A stretch of DNA of 64,000 nt from Bacilli bacterium (GTDB lineage: Bacteria > Bacillota_I > Bacilli_A > RFN20 > CAG-826). The stretch spans positions 3,558 to 67,557 of the forward strand of contig JAXFZD010000009.1 in assembly GCA_034185265.1 (NCBI GenBank). Reading direction: 5' to 3'. Shown piece after piece: positions 1-8,755 of the stretch. A program made the translations under genes and the position numbers. The notes beneath the pieces were generated by a model. That model did not search any database, had not been told where the DNA came from, and worked only from the letters and a program-made list of their open reading frames with translations. Within the stretch, counting starts at the first letter, position 1. Each line of letters begins with the position of its first letter.

Positions 1-1980
1 CATTAATTTGGCTTGTTCTTTGGCTTCTAATGTATCTTTATTGAAAAGACCGATGCTAACATTGCTGATGTTATTATTAGTTGGGGAGCTATTCGGCACT
101 TTAAATTTTAAGAATGATTCCAATACTCTTCTCATACAGTTTGGTAGATGGTAAATATCGCCATCATCTAAAGAATCCGCAGTTTTATTAGATACATCCA
201 ATAATTCAAAGAAGTCATGTTCGTAAGGGGTGATTGTCGGTTTACCTATTTCTACACTCGAAACGCCACTTTTATCTTTTTTTATTTCAAAACTGCCAAA
301 ACTATTTTTGTCTGTATTATACAAAAGTTGACAATAGGCATCCCAATCATGAGTAAAAACAAAAACTTGAACATTATTCTGTTTGAACAATAATTGCAAA
401 ATAGAAATTAAATAAGCGCGATTATTATCATCTAAACTGGAGAGAGGATCATCCACAATAACATACTGTATATCTTCTTTAAAATGAGTTTGTTTATCAT
501 CGTCGAACAACTCAAAATAAAAGAAAAGTAGCGACAAAAGATTCCTTTCACCTTCGCTAATTTCATCGATATCGATTTCAGTATCGCTTTTTAACGGAAT
601 AATGCGATAATCTTCTTCAATAATATCTAATTTAAACTTAAAATCTAAATCGAGCAAAATACCATTGATAAAAATTGCAAAATCACTAGTTACTTTAACT
701 TTATTTTTTAAATTTCTTATTTGACTATTAAGTAGCAAATTTGACTCCTCAATGGCTTTTAGTTTGACTATCATTTCATTTGTTTCCTTGGCTAGTTCAT
801 TAATTTTTTTATTGCTCAAAATCTTTAATGCAATCGATCCTTTTAACAAGTCATTAAGTTTGCTTTCTTCCTTGGTCAATCTCGTTATGGAATCAGAAAC
901 TATATGTTTAATTGTGAACAAAGCGCCAGATGCAGTGGTTCGTTTAATTTCAATATCACCAAAGTCAGCAGAAATAATAGACTCAAATTTTGACAGTTTA
1001 TCATTTATTCTTTCGCTACAAAAACAAAGCCATTTTTTATAATCATCAAGAACTTTTATTTGTGATGAGATATTAATACCACAATTTTCAAACTTTTGCT
1101 CACAGCCAATAAAATCCTGTAATTTAAGTATTTCTTTGTTCAATACTTCAGAAAAAATAAGTAGTATTCTTTCGTCTTTTTGTTTAGTGGAATTAATGAA
1201 TCCTTTAAAATGCTCTACAATTTCATCATAATTATTTAAATCAGATCCACAGAACAAACATTTTTTGCTGTCTTTATTTAACGATATTCCTTGTTCAATC
1301 CAGTCAAGCACTTTCGTGGCTGGGATATCCTCCACTTTATATGGGGTATTAACTATTTCTGATGCTGTATTTAGATCACCAGTTAAATTTAATAAATCAA
1401 TAGCTGGCAAGGATTCAAGATCTGATTTTGCTCTTTCGAAATCAAAATCTACATTGATGGTTTCAAGTTTGTCTTCGGTTGTGATTTTTAATGCCGCTTC
1501 TTTCATACTTTGAAAAGTTTTTTTAAAATTAGACAACTCCTCATAATTAGTCACAGAAACATGGCGAATCTTTTTGGGTCCTCTTATCCCATCCTCGATA
1601 GTTTTAATCAAAGAATCAATAGATTTTAAGTTTGAAATAATTTCATTGGATAAAATTGTTGTATCCTGTATTTTTTCTTTTAGTTGTTCAATCTCTTCAT
1701 CATTTTTTACATTTTTATTTCCAAAAACAGCCTTGACTCCTTTAATTCTTCTTTTATCATTGACTAACTTAAGTTTTAAATAATCTTTTGAAAAGATTCT
1801 AAAGTCATTGTCAGTAATGCCTCGTTGGTCTCTAATTTCTTTCTCAATCCCTTTGGCCAAAGATGATTTTCCTTTACCATTATAACCAAAGAACACATTA
1901 TTCTTTTTAAACAACATGTTGTTTGGCGTGGTATAATTTTGAAAAGATTTTAACGAAAAGTTATTAATTTTATATATCAT
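1..1980 (-). CDS. AAA_13-type (RloC/PrrC-like) SMC/ABC-fold ATPase; the C-terminus runs off the window start
   Basis: Absent from the ORF track because it has no stop in the window. My reverse translation from the ATG at 1980-1978 stays open to position 1: MIYKINNFSLKSF..FFGYNGKGKSSLAKGIE (Walker A), KKCLFCGSDL (CxxC), a long helical insert, DEISEGERN (signature-like), YVIVDDPLSSLDDNN (Walker B), VFVFTHDW. Confidence 0.7.
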   Translation of the reverse strand, partial: MIYKINNFSLKSFQNYTTPNNMLFKKNNVFFGYNGKGKSSLAKGIEKEIRDQRGITDNDFRIFSKDYLKLKLVNDKRRIKGVKAVFGNKNVKNDEEIEQLKEKIQDTTILSNEIISNLKSIDSLIKTIEDGIRGPKKIRHVSVTNYEELSNFKKTFQSMKEAALKITTEDKLETINVDFDFERAKSDLESLPAIDLLNLTGDLNTASEIVNTPYKVEDIPATKVLDWIEQGISLNKDSKKCLFCGSDLNNYDEIVEHFKGFINSTKQKDERILLIFSEVLNKEILKLQDFIGCEQKFENCGINISSQIKVLDDYKKWLCFCSERINDKLSKFESIISADFGDIEIKRTTASGALFTIKHIVSDSITRLTKEESKLNDLLKGSIALKILSNKKINELAKETNEMIVKLKAIEESNLLLNSQIRNLKNKVKVTSDFAIFINGILLDLDFKFKLDIIEEDYRIIPLKSDTEIDIDEISEGERNLLSLLFFYFELFDDDKQTHFKEDIQYVIVDDPLSSLDDNNRAYLISILQLLFKQNNVQVFVFTHDWDAYCQLLYNTDKNSFGSFEIKKDKSGVSSVEIGKPTITPYEHDFFELLDVSNKTADSLDDGDIYHLPNCMRRVLESFLKFKVPNSSPTNNNISNVSIGLFNKDTLEAKEQAKLM

Positions 1981-2000
1981 AAGTCATTCCTGTCTCAACA

Positions 2001-2029
2001 ATTATAGCAAAAGTATCTTAGATGCCTAA
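2001..2029 (-). promoter_or_regulatory. Candidate sigma-70-type promoter of the AAA_13 gene
   Basis: On the minus strand: TTAGGC (2029-2024), 17 nt, TATAAT (2006-2001), about 20 nt upstream of the ATG at 1980. Confidence 0.3.
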
Positions 2030-2293
2030 ATATATTTCTTTAGTAACAATTTTACAAGTTTCAAACCTAATCATAATTCTAGAATTTAAAAACTCGTTTT
2101 ATATTGGCATAACATTTTCTAATGGTCATTTCTTTAAATATAGGGTGTTTGGATGAGTTAAGTTATATTTTACAATTATGATAATGAGATTTACTTCTTT
2201 TTTGAAATATCTACCTTAAAAATTCTTATCGACACATAAGTGTATTTGAGAGCAGTCATTAGCCTATTTGATGGCTTCTTTGTTATTGCCTAA

Positions 2294-2413
2294 TCAGTTT
2301 TTCTTAATAAATATGAAATCATCATCAAACTCATATGCTTCTTCACCATAAGCATTAGCAACAGATACGCTGCGACCATTTTCTTCGACAAAACCACATA
2401 GCCAATATGCATG
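2294..2413 (-). pseudogene. Remnant (last ~35 codons) of a second AlbA_2/HATPase_c_4-family gene
   Basis: Positions 2303-2400 are about 80% identical to 2728-2828 inside the intact gene. The remnant frame reads ..LCGFVEENGRSVSVANAYGEEAYEFDDDFIFIKKN* against CGFVEESGHGVPTVVKAYGEEAYEFDGDFIFVKIP in the full gene. An in-frame stop lies just upstream and there is no start codon. Confidence 0.75.
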
Positions 2414-2462
2414 TTAATAAAAAGACCTCCCAAATTGAAAAGACAAATATAAATATATTTGG

Positions 2463-3851
2463 TTAATCAACTACTTCCCAGTAACCACCTTTATCAGGTC
2501 CATGACGTATTATTCTTCCAGCCTTTTTTAATTGATTAAGATTGTATTGAATGGTGTCTTCTTTAATATTCAAAGTTTTTGATAAATCATTTCTTGATAA
2601 ACGTGGATTTACTCTAAGTAGATCGATTATATTTTCCTTGGTAGTTTTCTTGGTAGTTTTCTTGGTAGTTTTATCGTTTTTCTTGGTAGTTTCTTGTGTT
2701 TCGCTTAATCCTGTTTTGTCAAACGGAATCTTAACAAATATGAAATCGCCATCAAACTCATATGCTTCTTCGCCATAAGCTTTAACGACAGTAGGTACAC
2801 CATGTCCGCTTTCTTCAACAAATCCGCATGTTTTAAAAATGTCGAACAACTTCTCATTAACTGGTTTACTTATACCTTTTAAGAATTTAGATTTAGTCAA
2901 ATTCTTTGGAATACCGCCGAAGGATTCAATTTCTAATCTATCTGAATAAATATAAATACCAGGGTTGCTAGCCTCACTCCATTTATAATGGACGCAGGCG
3001 TTATACCAAGCTTCTTTAAAAGCATCGAAATTAAACATAGCTTTTTCTCTTCTTGGCCTTACTTTTGTATCAACATAAACATGGTTAATTGCATCAATAT
3101 AATCCTTGGCTTGTTCCATCGCCAATAAAAGGCATTTACCACCAAACTCTTTTCTCTCTAAATACTCAGTTTTGTCAGTTGTTGCAAAAGTAGCAACATT
3201 AATAACAATATCGTTGGTGTCTGATAGTAATTCCGCCATCAAGTTATATTCACCTTTATCGTTTCTCAATTGAAGATTAGATTCAAATGTGGCGTCTTGA
3301 TAATGATAATTATGTGAAGATAGATAGTTTTTAAATATTTTAAAAGAAAGGCTCTTTCTATGCGAGGCAATTTGAGTGATATCATCACTTCTATTAAGAA
3401 CACTCCATAATTCAGCTTCGTGCTGAGGGAATTTTCTTAAAATAACCTTACTAGAACTAATCCTCAAATATCTTTCTTTATCAAATTCGGTTGGAACTTT
3501 TTCGGCTGCAGGAATAGAAAGCACCACAACTCTTTCATTGTTTAATTCAAATGTTTCAAAACTAAATACGATTCTTGGTTCAAGCTGTCTTGCTAAATAA
3601 TGTTCAAATACTTCACCATCAACTTCTACATCATTTTTAAAAGAAGAACCAACAATTTTACGTGTTCCATTTTCTACACCCCAAATTAAATAGGCATATT
3701 TTTGTTTATTACATGCTGCGGCGTTGCTTAAAGCAGAAATATATTCACCGATTTCATGTTTGTGATCTTTTGCAGAATAATTGGTTTTATATTCCACCCA
3801 TTCGCTTTCTTCTTTATCGTTAATAATTTCTAATAATTGTTCTTTTGTCAT
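2463..3851 (-). CDS. AlbA_2 (Schlafen-like) DNA-binding domain + HATPase_c_4-like domain + C-terminal winged-HTH protein
   Basis: 462-aa ORF. N-terminal ESEWVEYK..HEIGEYISALSNAA pattern, central GFVEESGHGVPTV, C-terminal wHTH LSRNDLSKTLNIKEDTIQYNLNQLKKAGRI. Own extended -10 (TGTGATAAAAT) just upstream. Confidence 0.7.
   Translation of the reverse strand: MTKEQLLEIINDKEESEWVEYKTNYSAKDHKHEIGEYISALSNAAACNKQKYAYLIWGVENGTRKIVGSSFKNDVEVDGEVFEHYLARQLEPRIVFSFETFELNNERVVVLSIPAAEKVPTEFDKERYLRISSSKVILRKFPQHEAELWSVLNRSDDITQIASHRKSLSFKIFKNYLSSHNYHYQDATFESNLQLRNDKGEYNLMAELLSDTNDIVINVATFATTDKTEYLERKEFGGKCLLLAMEQAKDYIDAINHVYVDTKVRPRREKAMFNFDAFKEAWYNACVHYKWSEASNPGIYIYSDRLEIESFGGIPKNLTKSKFLKGISKPVNEKLFDIFKTCGFVEESGHGVPTVVKAYGEEAYEFDGDFIFVKIPFDKTGLSETQETTKKNDKTTKKTTKKTTKENIIDLLRVNPRLSRNDLSKTLNIKEDTIQYNLNQLKKAGRIIRHGPDKGGYWEVVD
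2637..2692 (-). repeat. In-frame 12-nt tandem repeat (cttggtagtttt x3 plus a fourth degenerate copy) encoding a (TTKK)n linker
   Basis: Units at 2637-2648, 2649-2660 and 2661-2672, plus 2682-2692. Translates to TTKKNDKTTKKTTKKTTK between the HATPase-like domain and the wHTH. Confidence 0.9.
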
Positions 3852-3900
3852 CTTGATTTGATTTTATCACATAGTGAGCCGCTATTCACTTCTATTTTAT

Positions 3901-3924
3901 AAAAAATAAGAGGAATATCCTCTC
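3901..3924 (-). terminator. Rho-independent terminator closing the leftward phage-like operon
   Basis: Minus strand: AGAGGA-tat-TCCTCT followed by TATTTTTT. Confidence 0.6.
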
Positions 3925-4016
3925 CAGGACACCCCCTATTTTTAAATTTCCCAGAATCATTTTCAAAACTCGAAAATTTGGCCTCGCGTATTTCTGAGGT
4001 GGGCTCACCGGTACTC

Positions 4017-4400
4017 CTAAATAGGTAGTTGAAGATGACCGGGGGGAGGGTCATTCAGCATTTTTATTGAAAACATTGCTTCAAATTTATCTACAGTCTC
4101 GCCTCTACCTTGGATGGTTGCGTGTTCAATAGAATAATTTTTAACAACGCATAAGGAAGAAATAATTATTAACATATTTGCTTCCGCTTGATTATCATCA
4201 TCTACGTATTCTTTGTAATAATTGATGTAGAATTCATTAATGCCTCTTTTATTAGCTTTAAGAATTGTTTTATAAATACTTTCAATTACCGGAATCTTTT
4301 TAGTGGTACCTGTGTAAGGATTTTTAATTGTAAGAATCATATTGCTACCGCTTTTTCTTCTTCCGGTAATAACACCAATGGCATCTTTACTCTTTATCAT
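4017..4400 (-). CDS. Hypothetical phage-like protein (127 aa)
   Basis: ORF overlaps the upstream gene by 14 nt in an operon. No recognisable motif. The last ~12 codons (DPPPGHLQLPI) run into unusually GC-rich sequence. Confidence 0.45.
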   Translation of the reverse strand: MIKSKDAIGVITGRRKSGSNMILTIKNPYTGTTKKIPVIESIYKTILKANKRGINEFYINYYKEYVDDDNQAEANMLIIISSLCVVKNYSIEHATIQGRGETVDKFEAMFSIKMLNDPPPGHLQLPI

Positions 4401-4728
4401 CTTGGTACCTTCTTTCTAAATATTTATCAGGATCAAATAAGATCGCAAAGTCAGTAAGTTCGGCAATTTCTTTTAGATAGACTCCTCCCATAAATAGAGT
4501 GCCTAAATAAGCGATATAAATATCAGTAAGCTTCTTATCAGGAGTTACTACACCTTCTTTATCCACTAGCTTAGCTAATTCCACTAATTCACCGGCGTTT
4601 CTAGAATATGTAAACAAGGCAGAATTTAGCTTTTTCACATCTTTAGCGCTTCTTGTATAAAGTAGATGCTTTAATCTATCGTAGGTTTCTTTCGCTACTT
4701 TTTCGTCCATTTTAATAGTGTTGTTCAT
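4387..4728 (-). CDS. Hypothetical phage-like protein (113 aa)
   Basis: ORF in an operon with the terS-like gene. No recognisable motif. Confidence 0.5.
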   Translation of the reverse strand: MNNTIKMDEKVAKETYDRLKHLLYTRSAKDVKKLNSALFTYSRNAGELVELAKLVDKEGVVTPDKKLTDIYIAYLGTLFMGGVYLKEIAELTDFAILFDPDKYLERRYQDDKE

Positions 4729-4746
4729 TTTTCATTTCCTTTCATA

Positions 4747-5340
4747 TTAATCAGTATCTTCTGGAGGGAGAGGACCAACCTCCTTCTCTAGTAATTTCTT
4801 TTTATCCTTAAGGGCTCTAATTCTTTTTTTACCTTCTAAGGCTTCTATTTCATGGATTAGCTCTTCCTCTTCATCAGACATATCAATCCACTGTTCAGGT
4901 TCACTTTTCTTTTCCATGATGTTGATTTGATCTTTCTTTGGATTATATTTACGGCCAAATTTAGTCTGAAGTAGATAAATCGCGGCTTGAGTGTCTGGTG
5001 GTATTTCTTTTTTAGTTTTAACGATGCGTTGTTTCTTTCTAGAGCCACCACCATCAACCATTTCATAGGTTTGAACTTCATCTTCGATTTTCATCCCTCT
5101 AGCTCTTTTTAATATGGCGTTTTCTAGTTCCACTCTTAAGATGTCATCTCCTTCATCAAAAGCCGCTGCGACTTCTTTATGTTTTTGCTTCAGCGTTATT
5201 AATGTTTTTTCACTAATATGAAGGCTTTTAGCGATTTGCTTTTGTGTGGCGTTATCGCTTACCCATCTTCTTATAGAAGATAAATATGTATCAGCGGTTC
5301 CATTTTTTACCCACTCTTGAAAGGTATCTAATTTCTTCAT
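4747..5340 (-). CDS. Phage terminase small subunit-like protein
   Basis: N-terminal HTH (QKQIAKSLHISEKTLITLKQK). The C-terminal EIPPDTQAAIYLLQTKFGRKYNPKKD resembles the PPD..A..FWLKNR tail of small terminases. Confidence 0.55.
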   Translation of the reverse strand: MKKLDTFQEWVKNGTADTYLSSIRRWVSDNATQKQIAKSLHISEKTLITLKQKHKEVAAAFDEGDDILRVELENAILKRARGMKIEDEVQTYEMVDGGGSRKKQRIVKTKKEIPPDTQAAIYLLQTKFGRKYNPKKDQINIMEKKSEPEQWIDMSDEEEELIHEIEALEGKKRIRALKDKKKLLEKEVGPLPPEDTD

Positions 5341-5520
5341 GCTGTAGTTATTCCTCCTAAAAACTGTAATTATTAACTTTATTCATTTCTTAGATGAAAC
5401 TTTTCTTCATCTATCACTAACCATTTAAATCTATGATTTATAAGCTAGTTAATTGTCCTATAGTGTCTATCCCTAATAACCGATAATATACATTAGAGGT
5501 ATTAAGACTATTTCTTATGA

Positions 5521-6291
5521 CTAGAATGGAAGGTCATCATCGTTCACTTCCGTACTATCTAAGTGGCCACTATAGTTTGAATCTATACTGGGATTAATTA
5601 GGTTATTGAAGGTATTAACAAAGTATTGATATCTTTCTCCCTCAATATCATCTTCATCAAAATCATCACCGAAGAATTCATTGATGTAATTTTCTAGTTC
5701 TTTAGTTGTTATTCCTTTTTTAATCAAATCCATAAAGTGAGAAACATATGGATCGCGATTGTCATATGAATCATATCGATGGTTAAGTAATAACAAGAAT
5801 AAATATCCAGCATCGTTATAAACCTTATTAGAAGATTCATTATCCTTAACTAACGCTTCGCTAGACTGAACTAAACTATTCTTATCTAATCTATTCTCTT
5901 CTATTCTTTCCTTATCTGTGGTTCCATTTTGTATACAATTTGTATCCAATAAGTAATAGACCTTATTTTCATCTTTACCTAATTGCCTTAATTCCTTCTG
6001 ATGCTTGCTTGGATTATATCTATCTTTTTGGATGAGATTATTAATCCTCCAGTGTTTAACAACGATAATGCCGGTTTCTTCAAAAGGAATAACAAATTCT
6101 TTAGCGATTAATATCTTTAAATCATCAAGAGAAGCGCCTATGCATCTTTGAATAGTTTTAGGATTGTTAACTACTCCATCATCATCCGCGGCTAATCCAA
6201 GATGAAAATAGAATGCTTGAGTGGATAAAGGCATATCTCTAAAAGCATCAGATTCAGTTATTTCTTTAGAAAACATACGTCTAGTTGCCAT
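5521..6291 (-). CDS. Phage replisome organizer / DnaD-like replication protein
   Basis: MATRRMFSKEITESDAFRDMPLSTQAFYFHLGLAADDDGVV is the typical N-terminal replisome-organizer motif. I prefer the ATG at 6291 (GGAGG 9 nt upstream) over the TTG at 6309. Confidence 0.65.
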   Translation of the reverse strand: MATRRMFSKEITESDAFRDMPLSTQAFYFHLGLAADDDGVVNNPKTIQRCIGASLDDLKILIAKEFVIPFEETGIIVVKHWRINNLIQKDRYNPSKHQKELRQLGKDENKVYYLLDTNCIQNGTTDKERIEENRLDKNSLVQSSEALVKDNESSNKVYNDAGYLFLLLLNHRYDSYDNRDPYVSHFMDLIKKGITTKELENYINEFFGDDFDEDDIEGERYQYFVNTFNNLINPSIDSNYSGHLDSTEVNDDDLPF

Positions 6292-6463
6292 TAAACATAC
6301 CTCCTTCAATTAGCTTTTGAAGCGAGTCGCCAAAGACTCTCCACTGGGAGCCCACTTTAAAGGCATCGAGCTTCTTGGCTTTGATGTAGCGGATCACACT
6401 TCTACGGCATAGTCCAAGTATCTCCATTACTTCATTAACGGAATAAGTTACTTTGTAAACCAT
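6281..6463 (-). CDS. Excisionase-family / MerR-type HTH DNA-binding protein
   Basis: VMEILGLCRRSVIRYIKAKKLDAFKVGSQWRV matches the HTH_17 pattern. The ATG at 6463 overlaps the stop of the upstream gene; the alternative start is 6478. Confidence 0.55.
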   Translation of the reverse strand: MVYKVTYSVNEVMEILGLCRRSVIRYIKAKKLDAFKVGSQWRVFGDSLQKLIEGGMFNGN

Positions 6464-7197
6464 TAACAATACCCCCATTCTTTTAATAAGCGATGGATAT
6501 TTTCTAAACCGATAACAGTAACTTTGGTTGTGAATGAAACATGAGTGCCATAATTATCGGTATAATCACTTTCAACAGACTTAAACCAGCCGCGTTCAAT
6601 GTACTCGCGATATGGTTTATTCTCTTCGTTTAAGATTTGATGTTCTCTTAGTATCTTGAATAGATTATTTCTCCCTATTCCTGGTATTGCTAAAGTATCA
6701 GCGACATCTTTCATATAGATAAGACTTTTAGATCCTTTTAAAGCGCGATATTTACTAGCGTCATCAGTAATGACATCCACCACTCTATCACCAACTTTAT
6801 TAATAAAGTCTTGGTTAGTTGCTAATGCATCAATAGTTACAGGAAGAGCATTATTCTCAATGGCCATAAAAAATCTAGATTTAATCCATTCCTTAATTTG
6901 ATTCGCATTATCAAGTTTGCTTCCTTGGCATAAGTCATAAAATCCGTTGGCATTAATAAACATCATTTCTCTTCTTTGAGTTCTGAACCTGACTGTCAAT
7001 TTTTGACGGTCAGCTTCTTGAACGTGATATTTAATAGCGCGGTTAGGACTAGCGTAGCCTAAAACTTCAGCAGCATCTAATCCGCATAACCAGGTTTCAC
7101 CATTTAAAGTGATGGTTCTAACTAAACCGAAATCTTTGTTGAAGTTATCAACAGCGACAATATCGTTTTGATTTGCTTTTAATAATTTATTGGCCAT
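6463..7197 (-). CDS. Phage antirepressor (BRO-N + KilAC domains)
   Basis: N-terminal FGLVRTITLNGETWLCGLDAAEVLGYASPNRAIKYHV (BRO-N), C-terminal ..LFKILREHQILNE..PYREYIERGWF (KilAC-like). ATG at 7197 with GGAGG upstream. Confidence 0.65.
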   Translation of the reverse strand: MANKLLKANQNDIVAVDNFNKDFGLVRTITLNGETWLCGLDAAEVLGYASPNRAIKYHVQEADRQKLTVRFRTQRREMMFINANGFYDLCQGSKLDNANQIKEWIKSRFFMAIENNALPVTIDALATNQDFINKVGDRVVDVITDDASKYRALKGSKSLIYMKDVADTLAIPGIGRNNLFKILREHQILNEENKPYREYIERGWFKSVESDYTDNYGTHVSFTTKVTVIGLENIHRLLKEWGYC

Positions 7198-7198
7198 A

Positions 7199-8122
7199 TT
7201 ATTTGACCTCCTTATGAAATAGTTTTGATGAAACAACTAACTCAGAATCGTTCTCCTCGCGCTTGAGAGAATGATTGTAGATTTGTGTAGTTGATATATC
7301 CCTGTGACGTAGTACTTGTTGTGCTTCTTCTAAAGAACCACCACTACGAAGGATTTCGCTACAGACGAAATGTCTAAGTGAATGCGCGGACATATTTCTA
7401 TCTTCAAGTCCAGCTTCTAATAAGAAGTTTTTAATAACTTCTCTAATAGTCCTGGTTCTAATAGGATTTCCATATGAGTTATGCCCATGAGTGATAAACA
7501 ATGGCGCATATTCATCTCTACGATTAGCGAGATAAGTTTCGATGAAGTCAAAAACTTCATCTGATATCTTGACGTACTCAGATTTATCATCGCGGCCTTT
7601 ACCTCTTACATAGAGAATATGAGTATTGTTTATCTTTGATAAATCAGCAACTTCCGCTCTTTCAACTTCAATAGTTCTAAGGCCAGTAGTCGCGATAAGA
7701 GAGAGCATCGCATAGTTACGATAATCTTCTAATGAGCGATATGATTTCTCCTTAGCGATATTTATAAGCGCGGTAACATCATCTACATTAAGGACATCCC
7801 TTTTCATAACCTTAGTGGTTTTCATGGGATTTAATCCTCCAGAAATGTCTGGATAGATTTCTCTACCAGCTAGGTATCGGAAGAATCTATGAAGCACCAC
7901 TATGACCTTCTGAACCGAATTAGGTGACAGTCTTTTTGATAGCGATTCTTTATATTCGATTAAGTGTCTAGTCTTAGGCTTCATGATGTCATTAGCTCTA
8001 AGGTAGATAGAGAAATCCTTAAGGATTTGTTTATAAGATGATTTCGTTATCGCGGATCTATCGAGATCTAAGACGAATGAATCAATATCTTCTTCAAAGT
8101 AATCAATTACACCAGATTCCAT
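7199..8122 (-). CDS. Tyrosine recombinase/integrase (phage integrase family)
   Basis: SAM-like N-domain. Catalytic-domain motifs ATTGLRTIEV, HSLRHFVCSE and LRHRDISTTQIYNH (R..HxxR..H..Y). Confidence 0.85.
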   Translation of the reverse strand: MESGVIDYFEEDIDSFVLDLDRSAITKSSYKQILKDFSIYLRANDIMKPKTRHLIEYKESLSKRLSPNSVQKVIVVLHRFFRYLAGREIYPDISGGLNPMKTTKVMKRDVLNVDDVTALINIAKEKSYRSLEDYRNYAMLSLIATTGLRTIEVERAEVADLSKINNTHILYVRGKGRDDKSEYVKISDEVFDFIETYLANRRDEYAPLFITHGHNSYGNPIRTRTIREVIKNFLLEAGLEDRNMSAHSLRHFVCSEILRSGGSLEEAQQVLRHRDISTTQIYNHSLKREENDSELVVSSKLFHKEVK

Positions 8123-8292
8123 ATTTACCCTTTCCGGATATGAAGGGCGACTGGATTCAAATTAACAAGCTGAATAACATCTCCAATTTGCAAGTAAGGT
8201 TCGTCAACACTATTTGTTAAGTTCAAATTCATATCGTCACCTTCACACCCTTATACAAAGTTCATTAGATAGATAAGATTAAGATGAAGTAA

Positions 8293-8532
8293 TTAGTATT
8301 TTTCTTTATCCAGTTCTAATGAATCTTGGTATTCACATTCAAGTTTGTAAAAATCATCTAAAGAGATATCTAACGCTTTAGCGATTCTACCAACGATTAA
8401 GAAGGAAACCTTTCCACCTCTTTCACCACTTTCAATCATTGAGTAGTGTTGAAATGAGATACCAGCTTCCCTAGCAACCTTTCTTTGTGATAATCCTTTT
8501 TCAAGTCTTATATTTGACAAGTAAAGTCTCAT
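8293..8532 (-). CDS. XRE-family HTH transcriptional regulator (Cro/CI-like)
   Basis: MRLYLSNIRLEKGLSQRKVAREAGISFQHYSMIESGER. ATG at 8532 with GGAGG upstream; the ORF-track start at 8574 is less likely. Confidence 0.75.
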   Translation of the reverse strand: MRLYLSNIRLEKGLSQRKVAREAGISFQHYSMIESGERGGKVSFLIVGRIAKALDISLDDFYKLECEYQDSLELDKEKY

Positions 8533-8574
8533 AAAGTTACCTCCGTTTTTTTTCAGCCATTTTTCAACTGACAC

Positions 8575-8755
8575 CGCTATTTTAAATGGCTATATAAAAT
8601 GCGTAAATTTCACCCGAAAAAGTAAAAAATTACACACAAAGCTGGTGTGTGTTTATACAACAGTAACTATACAAAGTGGTCGATTTTGCAAAACATTAAA
8701 TGTTGTGTTTCTTTTCTTTTTGTTATAATTTTTATGAAAAAGATGGAGTAATTTT
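8575..8755. promoter_or_regulatory. Divergent (lysogeny-switch-like) control region between the two XRE genes
   Basis: Extended -10 TGTTATAAT (8721-8729) for the rightward gene. 13-bp palindrome AACATTAAATGTT (8692-8704). Inverted repeat ACACAC..GTGTGTG (8631-8653). Confidence 0.45.

Noticed and set aside
752-1783. Plus-strand ORFs 752-1042, 1265-1513 and 1574-1783 in the ORF track
   Set aside because: They are low-complexity antisense readings of the continuous minus-strand AAA_13 gene (1-1980), which is open over the whole interval and has clear ATPase motifs.
3931-3990. Weak resemblance of this spacer to the reverse complement of the tail of repeat R2 (CGAAAATTTGG vs CGAAATTTTGG; C-run, T-rich stretch, CCC)
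   Set aside because: Only short AT-rich matches, no CGACAATTGGA box nearby, and it cannot be distinguished from chance by eye.
3848-4054. 68-aa minus-strand ORF between the phage-like operon and the AlbA_2 gene
   Set aside because: It spans a terminator hairpin and the promoter of the next gene, has no RBS, and its sequence has no protein-like character. I treat it as non-coding.
8186-8200. Reverse-strand CAAATTGGAGATGT resembling box b (ACAATTGGAGACAT)
   Set aside because: It is a single 11-mer with mismatches, has no partner box 32 bp away and lacks the flanking conserved bases. About one such match is expected by chance in 64 kb.
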